Shown: positions 10,440 through 24,639, counted from the stretch's first letter. The stretch: 64,000 nt of DNA from Eledone cirrhosa (GCA_964016885.1 OZ024764.1:5146001-5210000), one strand, 5' to 3'. The notes: generated from the sequence alone by a model not told the origin. Program-made: numbers and translations.

Positions 10440-11830
10440 ATTAAAACAATAACAGAGGTCTGACTGGAGAATTTACTTTAGAATTTTAAGAGAAAAGAGG
10501 AAGGTTTCAGACTTCTGGAATTCCTTCACGAAAATGTCCTATTTATCTGTAACACAAACTTCAAAAAATGAGACAACCACTTAATAACATATAGATCATG
10601 TGAGCCCACCAGCTAGATAGATTTCCTTGTTACCATAAGACAGAGTGACTGTTATAAACACAAAGTCCCTCCCTAGTGAAGAATGCACCTCCCAACATAC
10701 CTTAGGAGACAAACTGGAAGAAAAGATTATAGATCAAAATCAAAAGGTCTTAAAGTCAATTTGGTAAAGACTAAAGTTCTAGTAAGTAGAAAGGAAAACA
10801 GGGCCCAGATCTCTTCAGGTAAACTGTCCTGCTCAGTGTGCAGAAAAGGAGTAGGTAGAAATTCCATCCTATGTCCCATATAGAAATGATGGGTACACAA
10901 AAGATGTCGTGGGATCTCAGGGAGGCTAACAAAGAACGTAGCTTCTACATGTGGCCAATGAACAGGAGATGGAAATATCAAGAGCTCTCGGGTTACAATC
11001 TCCTTCAAATACCCGAAAGTCTCTGTAGAGGTGGTAGATAGTTTCTGTTACCTAGGTGACTAAATCAGCAGTGGAGTAGGGTGGTCCCAAAACTCAGTAA
11101 CAAGAGTGAGATTAGATTGGAGAAAGTGCAGGGATCTACTACTACTGCTAACAACAAAAAGTTTTTCCCTCAAAATGAAGGGCAGACTGTATGATGCAGG
11201 TATACAAACAACAATGTTGCACAGCAGCGAGACCTGGGCACTGTGTGTAGAAGATCTGTAAAGATTGGAAAGAAATGAAGCCTCCATGCTTCAATGGATG
11301 TGCCATAGTAATATATGCAAATGGCAAAACATAAATGTACTGCGAGAGAAATTAGGCATAAGAGGGGTTAGATGCAGTGTGCAGGAGAGGGATTGTTTTG
11401 GTATAGACATGTGATGTGTATGAAGGGTGACAGCTGTATAAAAAGGTGCCGAACAAACAAAGTTGACAGAAACCGTGGAGTGGGCAGGTCTAGGAAGACA
11501 TGGGATGAGGTAAGGAAAGCTGACTTTGCACAATTACACCTCGCTAAGGCAATGACACAGGAGGGTGACCTCTGGCGCTATGCACAATTATAGAGGACCT
11601 GCCCTCATAAATCCACGAGCTGAGGCATATATCTAGTATGTAACACCTTCCCCACCATCATCCCTCCCAAACACCTTCACCCCTATAACTACATCCACAA
11701 TCCACCAGACATTTTCCCTACCAACACCCCACACAAGTTCCCAAACCTCACCATAAAGTGGTCCTGCTGCAGCCATGACAAATGTGTCCAGTCCACACTG
11801 TACAGTGGTCTTGTAGGTGTCCTGCCAAAA
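10440..11830 (+). mobile_element. Decayed RTE LINE (endonuclease remnant, post-RT region and 3' end); copies at ~17780-18641 (truncated), 32520-33910, 39070-39932 (truncated), 46340-47640, 53060-54450, 59610-60476 (truncated)
   Basis: SKGLKVNLVKTKVLV, CSVCRKGVGRNSILC, VVDSFCYLGD* and SETWAL motifs with in-frame stops. Confidence 0.85.
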
Positions 11831-11888
11831 ATCAATATTGGGCCTTAAAACCTTGAGTCCCTTTTGTTCTGTGTATGAACATAAATAA

Positions 11889-12278
11889 TTGTTTCTACTT
11901 TTGGCACAAGGCCAGCAATTATCCAGTGCATTACTGGTACTTTATTTTATCGACCCCGTAAGGATGAAAGGCAAAGTTAACCTTGGCGGGATTTGAACTC
12001 AGATCATACAGGGAGGTAACTATGCTTCAAAGCATGGCGTCCGACTCTCTACCGATACTGCCAATCCACCGCCTGAACATAAATAAATAATTGTTTCTAT
12101 TTTAGGCACAAGGCCAGCAATTACCCAGTACATGACTGGTACTTTATTTTATCGACCCCGTAAGGATGAAAGGCAAAGTTAACCTCGGCGGGATTTGAAC
12201 TCAGATCATAAAGGGACGTAACTCTATGCTTCAAAGCATGGTGTCCGACTCTCTACCGATACTGCCAATCCACCACCC
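11889..12278 (-). mobile_element. Tandem dimer of the antisense SINE upstream of E4
   Basis: Two head-to-tail copies separated by TGAACATAAATAAATAA. Confidence 0.85.
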
Positions 12279-12366
12279 TGAACATAAATAAATAATGTAA
12301 TATATATATATATGTATGTGTGTGTGTATCTATTTATATATTTAACTATATTTTTTGTAATCACAG

Positions 12367-12408
12367 GACTGTTCCACTGCAGGGTTCCGCTAGAGGAAAC
12401 AGTGACGA
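12367..12408 (+). CDS. Putative micro-exon E4 (type B2), 42 nt: TVPLQGSARGNSD
   Basis: tcacAG | GACTGTTCCACTGCAGGGTTCCGCTAGAGGAAACAGTGACGA | GTAAGT. Confidence 0.75.
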
Positions 12409-12729
12409 GTAAGTTTTAGTTTTACACACTATCTAACCATTATTCTATCTGTTCCTTCCCGTCTCTCTCTCTCTCTTTATATATATATATTTATATATAC
12501 TAAGGTGTATTATTGGTTGTGTAAAACGGTCCAATAAATTTTTGTTAGCAATATTAAGTCCTCCACGCTTTTGTATATCTCCAATTCCATTCAAGGGAAC
12601 AGCTAGATGATGTAAAACGGAGTATTTCTATCAAAATGAAAATCCGAAGGCAAGGTAAAATTTCCAATCATTTTAATCACATCGTGATTAAAATGATTGG
12701 AAATCTTACCTTCCTTTGGATTTTCATTT

Positions 12730-12767
<38 letters not shown>

Positions 12768-13406
12768 CTGTCTCTTATAAACCACGTTGGCTATTATGAC
12801 ACTCTCTCCAACATAGAGAGCTATGTTGGCGATTATGACTCTCTCTCTCCCTCTCTATGTTGGCTATTATGACTCTCTCTCTCTCTATGTTGGCTATTAT
12901 GACTCTATCTCTCTATGTTGGCTATAATGACTCTCTCTCTCTCTATGTTGGCTATTATGTCTCTCTCTGTTCAAGCTTTATGAAGTTAGTTGAACATCTT
13001 CAAAGTCCTCCCATATTCGCCTTGTCTAATATGCGTTCTTGTACCTGATTATTTCCCCCAAATCTCCTGGGATGTTATAAACCATGATGGCTACCTATCT
13101 CACAAGTTCTCTCCTGCCCACCCCCTCACACCACCATAGTCTATTCGACCAATCAAACCTCAGCAACATGTCCCCCACCCATTAAAAACCCCAACAAACT
13201 CTGCCATTACTACTACTTCTACTTTTCTTCTAGCCCTTACCAGCCCTTTATTTTATTGACCCCGTAAGGATGAAAGGCAAAGTTAACCTCGGCGGGATTT
13301 GAACTCAGATCGGAAAGGGACGTAACTAAATAAATAATGTAATATATATATATGTATTTGTGTGTGTATCTATTTATATATTTAACTATATTTTTTGTAA
13401 TCACAG

Positions 13407-13448
13407 GACTGATACAGAGGAGAGTACCGCTCTAGAAAAGAATGACAA
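13407..13448 (+). CDS. Putative micro-exon E5 (type B3), 42 nt: TDTEESTALEKND
   Basis: tcacAG | GACTGATACAGAGGAGAGTACCGCTCTAGAAAAGAATGACAA | GTAAGT. Confidence 0.75.
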
Positions 13449-13512
13449 GTAAGTTTTAGTTTTACATACTATCTAACCATTATTCTATCTGTTCCTTCCC
13501 GTCTCTCTCTCT

Positions 13513-13550
<38 letters not shown>

Positions 13551-15886
13551 AGGTGTATTATTGGTTGTGTAAAACGGTCCAATAAATTTTTGTTAGCTTT
13601 TGTATATCTCCAATTCCATTCAAGGGAACAGCTAGATGATGTAAAACGGAGTATTTGTATCAAAATGAAAATCCAAAGGCAAGGTAAAATTTCCAATCAT
13701 TTTAATCTCGCCGTGATTAAAATGATTGCAAATCTTACCTTGCCTTTGGATTTTCATTTTGATATATATATATATATGTATATATATGACTCTGTCTCTT
13801 ATAAACCACGTTGGCTATTATGACACTCTCTCCAACATAGAGAGCTATGTTGGCTATTATGTCTCTCTCTCTCTCTATCTATGTTGGCTAATATGACTCT
13901 CTCTCTCTCTCTCTATGTTGGCTATTATGACTCTATCTCTCTCTATGTTGGCTATTATGTCTCTCTCTCTCTATCTATGTTGGCTATTATGACTCTCTCT
14001 CTCTCTATGTTGGCTATTATGTCTCTCTCTCTCTATCTATGTTGGCTATTATGTCTCTCTCTGTTCAAGGTTTATGAAGTTAGTTGAACATCTTCAAAGT
14101 CCTCCCATATTCGCCTTGTCTAATATGCGTTCTTGTACCTGATTATTTCCCCCAAATCTCCTGGGATGTTATAAACCATGATGGCTACCTATCTCAAAAT
14201 TTCTCTCCTGCCCACCCCCTCATACCACCATAGTCTATTCGACCAATCAAACCTCAGAAACATGTCCCCACCCATTACCAACCCCAACAAACTCTGCCAT
14301 TACTACTACTTCTACTTTTCTTCTAGCCCTTACCAGCCCCAACAAACCCTGACATTATTACTACTATTGTCCTTCTAGCCATGGGCTGAGGATAAATGGG
14401 GCTACCCCAAATTAATAAATGAATATGAATCCGCGAGTTACCAAGCACCCATGCAAAGCTTTAATTCAGAGACAGGAAGCATACACACCCCACTGCAAAA
14501 ATTCACCCTTTCCCACGAGTGGTGGCAAATGCCCAAAACTCCGAGTTGGAACCATCAATGTAAGCACAATGAAAGGAAGAGCAGGAGAAATTGTAGAGAT
14601 GCTAGAGCGAAAGAAAATTGATGTATGCTGTGTGCAAGAGACTAGATGGAGAGCAGAGTCCGCTGGAGTCCTTGCAGGCAGAAGTCAGTGCTACCAATTT
14701 GTCTGGGTAGCAAATGACAACAGGATGGGAGGTGTAGCTATCCTATTAGCTGACAAATGGGTAGATAAGGTAATCTCAGTGAACAGGGTGAATGCAAGAA
14801 TAATGAAACTTGGACTAGTCCTGAATAAAACAATTGCCACAATAATATCAGCTTACGCACCCCAATTGGGGTTGCCAGCTGACTATAGCGGGGAATTTAG
14901 TTTAGAGGTCGGTGTCCACCAGGGCTCTGTTCTTAGCCCACTCCTGTTCGTTAAAGTATTGCAAGTAATAATGGAGGTGATTATGACCGGATGCCCATGG
15001 GAACTCCTATATGCGGATCATCTCACACTTATAGCCGAATCTATGGTGGAACTATACTTGCTCAGTATGTAGGAAAGGAGTAGGCTGGCTGCAAAAGGTT
15101 TTCCCCTCAAAATGAAAAGCAGACTGTATGATGTGGGTATACGAATAGCAATGTTACATAGTAGTGAAACCTGGGCGCCGTCTGTGGAAGACTTGCATAG
15201 ATTAGAAAGAAACGAAGCCTGCATGCTCCGATGGATGTGTAATAGTAATATACGCAAACGGCAAAGCATAAATGAATTGAGAGAGTGACTGAGCATAAGA
15301 GGAATGAAATGCTGTGTGCAGGAGAGGATGTTGCATTGGACATGTGATGCGTATGAAGGATGACAGCTGTATAAAAAGGTGTAGAGCAGTAGAAGTCGAT
15401 GGAAGCCGTGGAGTGGGGAGACCCAAGAAGAGCTGGGATGAGGTGATAAAAGCCGGACTCACTGTAAATGAGGTTGGTGTTAGGAAGGGCATCCAGCTGT
15501 AGGAATCAAGCCAGAATCAGTTCCTGTATGAGCAAGACAAGGTCAGCTGAACAGACACTGCCCACAACAGGACAACCCGTCTAACCCATGCTTGCGTGGA
15601 AGAATGGACGTAAAACAGTGATGAAGATGATATATCATATATGCTAGTGTACTATTTGACATTTGGAGCCTAAAAATATCTCTCCAAAACCAGGGGTCGA
15701 CTTGTCTGCTGAATATAGTATGTTACCTTTACCACTGAGGGGTAAACAGTGAAACTGCCTGCCTAACACTTGTTGTACACCACTTACCATAACTCTAACA
15801 ACCCACCACATTTATTTCTACTGAATCTCATATTTGTTAAGTTTAACGTAGAGATTATAGTAATATCAATGTCTTGCTGTAGCTTA

Positions 15887-17170
15887 TAGGGTAGGTTACC
15901 ATACGGTAGGGTACTGTAGGGTAGGTTACCATAGGGCAGGTTACTGTAGGGTAGGATACTGTCTGGTAGGTTACCATAGGGTAGGTTACTGTAGGGTAGG
16001 TTACTATAGGGTAGGTTACTGTAGGGTAGGTTACTGTAGGGTAGGTTACTATAGGGTAGGTTACTGTATGGTAGATTACTCTAGGCTAGGTTACCATAGG
16101 GTAGGTTACTGTAGTGTAGGTTACCATAGGGTAGGTTACCACAGAGTAGGTGACCATAGGGTATGTTATTATAGGGTAGGTAACTGTAGGTTAGGTTACT
16201 GTAGGGTAGGTTACCTTATGGTAAGTTACTATAGGGTAGGTTACCATAGTGTAGGTTACCTTATGGTAAGTTACTATAGGGTAGGTTACCATAGGGTAGG
16301 TTACCTTAGTGTAGGTAAGAATAGGGTAGGTTACCATAGGTTAGGTTACCATAGGTTAGGTTACTGTAGGGTAGGTTACCATAAGGTAGGTTACCATAGG
16401 GTAGGTTACTGTAGGGTAGGTTACCATAGGGTAGGTTACTGTAGGTAGGTTACCGTAGGTTAGGTTACTGTAGGGTAGGTTAACATAGGGTATGTTAGCA
16501 TAGGGTTGGTTACCATAGGTTAAGTTCATATAGGTTGTTACCATATTGTAGGTTACTGTAGGGTAGGTTGCTATAGGGTAGGTTATCGTAGAGTAGGTTA
16601 CCATAAGGTAGGTTACCGTAGGGTAGGTTACTATAGGGTAGGGTATCATAGGATAGGTTACCATAGAGTAGGTTACCTTAGGGTAGTTTACTATAAGATA
16701 GGTTACCATAGTGTAGCTTACCATAGGGTAGGTTGTTACCATAGGCAAGGTTACTATAGGGTGGGTTACCATAGGGTAGTTTATGATATGGTTGGTTACC
16801 ATAGTGTAGGTTACTATAACATAGGTTACCATAGTGTAGGATACCTTAGATTAGGTTACCACAGGATAGGTTACTGTAGGTTAGGTTACCATATGGTAGG
16901 TTACCATAGGTTAGGTTAGCAATGGGTAGGTTACTATAGGTTGTTACCATAAGGTAGGTTACTGTATGGTGGGTTACCATAGGGTAGGGTACCATAAAGT
17001 AGGTTATTATAGTGTAGGTTACCTTAGGATAGGTAACCATAGGGTAGGTTACTATGGGGTAAGTTACCATAGGGTAGGTTCCCATAGGGTAGGTTAACAT
17101 AAGCTAGGTTACCTCAGGGTAGGTTACCATACCATAAAGTAGGTTACCATAGGTTTGTTAAGGTTAGGCT
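15887..17170 (+). repeat. 15-bp TAGGGTAGGTTACCA satellite array
   Basis: Tandem units directly visible. Confidence 0.95.
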
Positions 17171-17410
17171 AGGCTGGTTTACTCGGTGAGTTAAAACTCA
17201 CTTGTGACTGTAGTGTTTTAGAAGTGTCTCAATCTTTCATGCACCACTAAATTTTTTAACTATTTCCCCTGAAACTGCCTTATTTTTGGGGGTCATCTTA
17301 TCAATCGAATAGCGTCCTAAATCTAAATTATACTTCAGAATTTTAGGGGCCGACTTATGTACCGGATAGACTTGTACACCGGCATATATGGTATATATAT
17401 ATATATGCAT

Positions 17411-17745
17411 GGAGGCACATGGCTTAGTGGTTAGAGCATTGGTCATGCAATCGAAAGGTTGTGAGTTCAATTCTCAGACCGGGTGATGTGTTGGTTCCTT
17501 GAGCAAGACACTTTATTTCACATTGCTCCAGTTTACTCAGCTGTAGAAATGAGATGATAGGGACTGGGGTCCCTATCATTCCACTGCAAAGTGGTCGTGG
17601 AGGTGCCACGGCAAAAAAAGCACCCAGCACTCACTGTAAATGAGGTTGGTGACAGGAAGGGAATACAGCTGTAGAAATCAAGCCAGAATCAGTTCCCGTC
17701 CCGCCCTTGCAAGCAGGGAAAAGTGGACGTAAAATGAAATGATGA
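17411..17745 (+). mobile_element. tRNA-derived SINE with a CORE-like domain and an RTE-like 3' tail; copies at 38702-39036 and 59246-59580
   Basis: A-box TGGCTTAGTGG and B-box GAGTTCAATTC, followed by CCTTGAGCAAGACACTTTA. The tail (aaaaagcaccc...ctcactgtaaatgaggttgg) is shared with the RTE 3' UTR at ~8080-8160. Confidence 0.75.
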
Positions 17746-18640
17746 AAGAGAGATAGAGAGAAAGAGAGGGAGTGAGAGAGATACGTTAAAACAATAACAG
17801 AAGGTCTGACTGGAGAATTTACTTTAGAATTCCTTCACGGAAATGTCTTATTTATCTGTAACACAAACTTCAAAAAACAAGACAACCACTTAATAATCGA
17901 TAGATCAAGTGAGCCCTCCAGCTAGATAGATTTCCTTGTTACCAGAAGATAGAGTGACTGTTATAAACACAAAGTCCTTCCCTAGTGAAGAATGCACCTC
18001 CCAACATACCTTAGAATACAACCTGGAAGAAAAGAGTATAGATCAAAATCAAAAGGTCTTAAAGTCAATTTGGTAAAGACTAAAGTTCTAGTAAGTAGAA
18101 AGGAAAACTGGGCCCAGATCTCTTCAGGTAAACTGTCCTGCTCAGTGTGCAGAAAAGGAGTAGGTAGAAATTCCATCCTATGTCCCATATAGAAATGATG
18201 GGTACACAAAAGATGTTGTGGGATCTCAGGAAGGCTAACAAAGAACGTAGCTTCTACATGTGGCCAGTGAACAGGGGCAGGAAATATCAAGAGCTCTCGA
18301 GTTACAATCTCCTTCAAATGCCCAAATGTCTCTGCAGAGGTGGTAGATAGTTTCTGTTACTTAGGTGACTAAATCAGCAGTGGAGGAGGGTGGTCCAAAA
18401 ACTCAGTAACAAGAGTGAGATTAGATTGGAGAAAGTGCAGGGATCTACTACTACTGCTAACTACAAAACATTTTTCCATCAAAATGAAGGGCCGACTGTA
18501 TGATGCAGGTATACAAACAACAATGTTGCACAGCAGCGAGACCTGGGCACTGTGTGTAGAAGATCTGTAAAGATTGGAAAGAAATGAAGCCTCCATGCTT
18601 CAATGGATGTGCCATAGTAATATATGCAAATGGCAAAACA

Positions 18641-19080
18641 TAGGTTACCATTGGGTAGGTTACTGTAGGGTAGGGTACCATAGGGTGGGTTACCATAGCG
18701 TAGATTACTGAATGGTAGGTTACATTTCGTTAGGTTACTGTAGGGTCGGTTACCATAGGGTAGGTTACCATAGGGTGGGTTACCATAGGGTAGGTTACTG
18801 TAGGGTAGGTTACCATAGGGTAGTTATGTAGGGTAGGTTACCATAGTGTAGGTTACTGTAGGGTAGGTTACCATAGAGTAGGATACTGTAGGGTAGGTTA
18901 CCATAGGTTAGGTCACTGTAGGGTAGGTTACCATAGGGTAGGTTATTATAGGGTAGGTTACCATAGGTTAGGTTACTATAGGGTTGGTTGCCATAGGGTA
19001 TGTTACCATAGGGTAGGTTACTATAAGGTAGGTTACCATACCATAGGTTAGGTTACCATATGTTTGTTAAGGTTAGGCTA
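18641..19080 (+). repeat. 15-bp satellite array fused directly to a truncated RTE; equivalents at 39932-40330 and 60476-60960
   Basis: Junction ...ggcaaaacata|ggttacc with CATA microhomology. Confidence 0.9.
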
Positions 19081-19214
19081 GGCTGGTTTACTCGGTGAGT
19101 TAAAACTCACTTGCGACTGTAGTGTTTTAGAAGAAGTGTCTTAATCTTTAGTGCGCCACTAAATTTTTTAACTATTTCCCCTGAAACTGCCTTATTTTTT
19201 GGGTGTCGTCTTAT

Positions 19215-20168
19215 GAATCGAATAGTGTCGTATAGGACTATCTGGCATGTTTTCTATGGCTGGATGCCCTTCCTAACACCAACCACGTTTACAGTGTGGG
19301 GACTGGGAGGTTTTTACCATGTTAACTACACGGCCAATTTACAGCGTGGACTGTGTGTTTTATTGTCATGACACCTACACAACCTCATTTATTTAGGACT
19401 GGATGTTGTGTGACCAACATAATTTTACAGAGATGGGGGTGGGAGTAGTGGGGTGGGGGCGTATATTTGGTTAAGAGGTGCCTACTGACTGTAGGTTTCG
19501 CTTTGTACTTAGGCAAGGGTGGTCTTCTGTATTACTGCGTAGCGCCAAAGATCTTGGTTCAGTGACATTGTCTTGGAGAGGTGTAAGTGTGTGAGATCGG
19601 AATTTATCAATTCGTCCCAGGGTTTTCTGGGTCTGCCTACTCCGTGGCTACCATCTATTTTGATCGCCCTGCACTTTTTTATACAGCTGTCGTCTTTCAT
19701 GCGCATCACGTGACCATACCAACGTAGTCTTCTCTCGAGTACACAACATCTGATCCCTCTTATTCCTAATTTCTCACTTAGTTCATTTATGCTTTGCCGT
19801 TCACGTATATTACTATTACACATCCAGCGGAGCATGCAAACTTCATTCCTCTCCAGTCTGCGTATATCCTCTGCACACAATGCCCAAGTCTCACTGCCAT
19901 GTAACATTGTTGTTCGTATGCAGGCATCATACAGCCTGCCTTTCATTTTTAGAGAGAACCCTTTAGCGGCCAATCGTACAATGAAAAGAGCGTCTGTGAT
20001 ACTTTTACCTGACACAAACCCAAACTGCATTTCATCTAGATCAATTCTCTCTCTGATTAGTTGCGCTATTACTTTTTCTGTGACCCTCATGAACTGGTCA
20101 ATTAATTTAATGCCTCTATAGTTTCCCCTATCTAGGGCATCTCCTTTACCCTTGTAGCAGTTAATGAT
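19215..20168 (-). mobile_element. Internally deleted RTE LINE in antisense orientation; copies at ~40463-41416 and ~61095-62048
   Basis: ORF 19509-20222 has CYKGKGDALDRGNYRGIKL, QFGFVSGKSITDALF, HGSETWAL and RRLRWYGHVMR. The catalytic YADD region is deleted. Confidence 0.88.
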
Positions 20169-20583
20169 GATGATATATATATAAAAGAAATAGGATTTCG
20201 CTTCAAGCATATCTTTATACAATATGTATAAATATTTTGTATCTCCAAAGAAATACGGTTTTAGGAAGCCTTAGCTCTGCAAACCCTGGGGGGCTAACGT
20301 CCTCTGGTGATGTCCAGCAGAAGCAAGGGGGACAACCGTCTATGCATTTCAGGCTTAACTGGCCATCGTCAGGACAGTCCCTCCCACTGCTTGCGACTGC
20401 TGGCCAGTTAAGCATGAAATGCATAGACGGTTGTCCCCCTTGCTTCTGCTGGACATCACCAGAGGCCTTGAAACCTTAAGTCCCTTTTGTTCTGTGTATG
20501 AACAGAAATAAATAATGTAATATATATATGTATGTATGTGTGTGTATCTATTTATATATTTAACTATATTTTTCTCATTACAG

Positions 20584-20613
20584 GAACACCACTAATTTCT
20601 TCGAAAAATGTAT
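20584..20613 (+). CDS. Putative micro-exon E6 (type A1 variant), 30 nt: NTTNFFEKC
   Basis: ctcattacAG | GAACACCACTAATTTCTTCGAAAAATGTAT | GTAAGT. Six substitutions relative to E1. Confidence 0.72.
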
Positions 20614-21472
20614 GTAAGTGTTACCTTAACATACTGTCTAACCATTGTTTAATCTGCTCCTCCCTCTACCTCTCCCTTTATACACACACACACATATATA
20701 CCCCTATATATATATGTATACACACACACACACAAATATATACACATATATACATATATATATACACACATATATATATAATCACATATATATATACATA
20801 TATACAAGCGAGACACGGCCTGCTGACCAATCTCGCCTTAAGTGGGACAAAACCGTCCAACCCATGCTAGCATGGAAGATGGACTTTAAATGATGATGAT
20901 ATATACACACTGACACATATATATATACATATATATATACACATATATATACGCATATATTTATATATATATATGAGTTCAAGTCCGCCGAGGTTAACTT
21001 TGCCTTTCATCTTTACGAGGTCGATAAAATAAAGTACCAGTGGTGTACTGGGGTAATCGCTGGCCTTGTGCCAAAAGTAGAAACTATAATTATATATATA
21101 TAACCAAAGATTAATATAGTTCGTTGATTGCTCAACGAATACAGTTGTACAATAGATTAGAAGAACTCAACAGTGAAAGTTTTCCTGGACTTTTTAATAT
21201 TAACAAATGAAAAATATTCTCATAATCAAAATATATACTTTATTATATACATTTCAAAGGTATATGACATACCTCTACGGTCTTGATTCTTCAATTCCAG
21301 TATTGCAGTCACTGCCAATACTGGAATTGAAGAATCAAGACCGTAGCGCTATGTCATAATCATATATTTTGTCTGATGAGGACGTACTGAAAAAACAACA
21401 ATATATATAATATAGTATATATTTTGATTATGCGAATATTTTTCATTTGTTAACATTTTGAATAATATATAT

Positions 21473-21530
<58 letters not shown>

Positions 21531-21596
21531 AGGTAAAATTAATAATGAAAGAGTTGCAAGCCTTTAAAACATATCTTTATAAAGCTCTTACATATG

Positions 21597-21672
<76 letters not shown>

Positions 21673-22212
21673 TCATTATCATTTTATGTCCGCTTTTCCC
21701 TGCTTGCAAGGGTTGGGCTCTCACCACCACTGGCCATGTTTTTCGTGGTCTTCCTTTTACTGGGATTTTTTAGCACCTCTTTACCCAGCAGTCATCCTCG
21801 ATGCGCATCACTTGTCCATACCATCTCAGTCTTCTCTCCTGCACACCACAACTCATCCCCAGTTTCTCTCTCAACTCATCTATGGTCTTGTCGTTCACGC
21901 ACATTGACACACACACACACACACACATATATATATTAATTCTATTGACTGATTAATAGCTCTTGTTAATTTTAAAACCATTCTGTTGAGAGCTTAATTC
22001 GTTCTGTGATATTTTGCAATTTTGCAATAACACACATACTGAATTCATCCGCCAAAACTAAGGGCTGCCCCCCCCCCCCCCCCCTGTGAAGCCCCACGTG
22101 GGTTTTGATAACGGTCAGTCCTTGGCTTGGCACTGAACTAAAAGCCTGTTGAGAAAGTGACTTCCTTGTTCGATCATCATACCAAAAGCTTAACATTATT
22201 TGTCTAAGTAGA

Positions 22213-22401
22213 TGGGCGGTGGATTGGCAGTATCGGTAGAGGGTCGGACGCCATGCTTTGCAGCAATGAGTTACGTCCCTTTATGGTCTGAGTTCAAATC
22301 CCGCTGAGGTTAACTTTGCCTTTCATCCTTACGGGGTCGATAAAATAAAGTACCAGTAATGCACTGTGATAATTGCTGGCCTTGTGCCAAAAGTAGAAAC
22401 A
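22213..22401 (+). mobile_element. Young full-length tRNA-derived SINE insertion with an 18-bp target-site duplication
   Basis: ATTATTTGTCTAAGTAGA at 22195-22212 and 22402-22419. A-box TGGCAGTATCGG and B-box GAGTTCAAATCC. Absent from the paralogous sites at ~380, ~3115, ~25170 and ~43375. Confidence 0.9.
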
Positions 22402-23566
22402 ATTATTTGTCTAAGTAGACAGTACTTGATTTAGGAGTTGCAGAAACCCAATACTGGATATTACCAACCTTCCAGGGGTCCGGGTATAATTTTCCATCAT
22501 ATTTTATTTGTTTTACTCGAATTACTTGGTCGTGTCTATGGCTGTGCGGATAATTGTTTAACCATCGTCTCAGTGTGTTTGGCCTTTTAACTTATGTTGT
22601 TGCTCTAGTTCACTAGCTTCTATGGAGCGCCTGCCACACATCTCGGAAGTTGTTTTTCGTTAATTTCCAATAGCAGAAATGCAATTCTCGCTAATTTATA
22701 TATATATATATATATATATACACGTATAAGGGATAACAAAATATCGTTATAGGTAATCCAGGTAGAAGTTGTGAATACTCTGTATTGTGGTTAGTCTTAG
22801 TCTACGGCGTTGTTTGACTCAACAAGAGGTTTCCGTAGGTGGCAAGTATTTGAGTTCTCTTGAATTTCTATGTAAGTTTATCTTGGAGTAATAATATTGA
22901 AAGCGTGAAGAATAACATGGTCAACAGTACAAAAGAAGGTTTTTATTTACAGTATTAACAATTGTTTCACTGATTAAGTTGTCTAAAAATCGCTGAAAAC
23001 TTAAAGCTGTGCCACTCAATCTACTATATATATTGGAAGTGGTCGGACGTTGTATATTTAAGTAAATAAGTAGGTGTAGTCGGATAAACGTCGAAACGGC
23101 TTGGTAGAATGCAGCGAAAATTTACACAGTTATGCAGAATTGTAGCAGTTAATGATGATATATATGTAAAAGAAATAGGATTTCGCTTCAAGCATATCTT
23201 TATACAATATGTATAAATATTTTGTATCTCCAAAGAAATACGGTTTTAGGAAGCCTTAGCTCTGCAAACCCTGGGGGGCAAACGTCCTCTGGTGATGTCC
23301 AGCAGAAGCAAGGGGGACAACCGTCTATGCATTTCAGGCTTAACTGGCCATCGTCTGGACAGTCCCTCCCACTGCTTGCGACTGCTGGCCAGTTAAGCAT
23401 GAAATGCATAGACGGTTGTCCCCGTTGCTTCTGCTGGACATCACCAGAGGCCTTGAAACCCTAAGTCCCTTTTGTTCTGTGTATGAACAGAAATAAATAA
23501 TGTAATATATATATATGTATGTGTGTGTATCTATTTATATATTTAACTATATTTTTCTCATTACAG

Positions 23567-23596
23567 GAACACCACTAATTTCTCCAAAACAGTTAC
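23567..23596 (+). CDS. Putative micro-exon E7 (identical to E1), 30 nt: NTTNFSKTV
   Basis: Same AG/GTAAGT-bounded sequence as 1542-1571. Confidence 0.72.
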
Positions 23597-24449
23597 GTAA
23601 GTGTTACCTTAACATACTGTCTAACCATTGTTTAATCTGCTCCTCCCTCTACCTCTCCCTTTATACACACACACACATATATACCCCTATATATATATGT
23701 ATACACACACACACACAAATATATACACATATATACATATATATATACACACATATATATATAATCACATATATATATACATATATACAAGCGAGACACG
23801 GCCTGCTGACCAATCTCGCCTTAAGTGGGACAAAACCGTCCAACCCATGCTAGCATGGAAGATGGACTTTAAATGATGATGATATATACACACTGACACA
23901 TATATATATACATATATATATATACACATATATATACGCATATATTTATATATATATATGAGTTCAAGTCCGCCGAGGTTAACTTTGCCTTTCATCTTTA
24001 CGAGGTCGATAAAATAAAGTACCAGTGGTGTACTGGGGTAATCGCTGGCCTTGTGCCAAAAGTAGAAACTATAATTATATATATATAACCAAAGATTAAT
24101 ATAGTTCGTTGATTACTCAACGAATACAGTTGTACAATAGATTAGAAGAACTCAACAGTGAAAGTTTTCCTGGACTTTTTAATATTAACAAATGAAAAAT
24201 ATTCTCATAATCAAAATATATACTTTATTATATACATTTCAAAGGTATATGACATACCTCTACGGTCTTGATTCTTCAATTCCAGTATTGCAGTCACTGC
24301 CAATACTGGAATTGAAGAATCAAGACCGTAGCGCTATGTCATAATCATATATTTTGTCTGATGAGGACGTACTGAAAAAACAACAATATATATAATATAG
24401 TATATATTTTGATTATGCGAATATTTTTCATTTGTTAACATTTTGAATA

Positions 24450-24495
<46 letters not shown>

Positions 24496-24561
24496 AGGTA
24501 AAATTAATAATGAAAGAGTTGCAAGCCTTTAAAACATATCTTTATAAAGCTCTTACATATG

Positions 24562-24639
<78 letters not shown>

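Noticed and set aside
17411-17483. Possible tRNA gene
   Set aside because: A and B boxes are present, but there is no good acceptor stem and the sequence continues into a SINE body and RTE-like tail.
19509-20222. 237-aa minus-strand ORF
   Set aside because: RTE fragment lacking the catalytic RT core. Its ATG lies in unrelated flank sequence upstream of a (TA)n tract.
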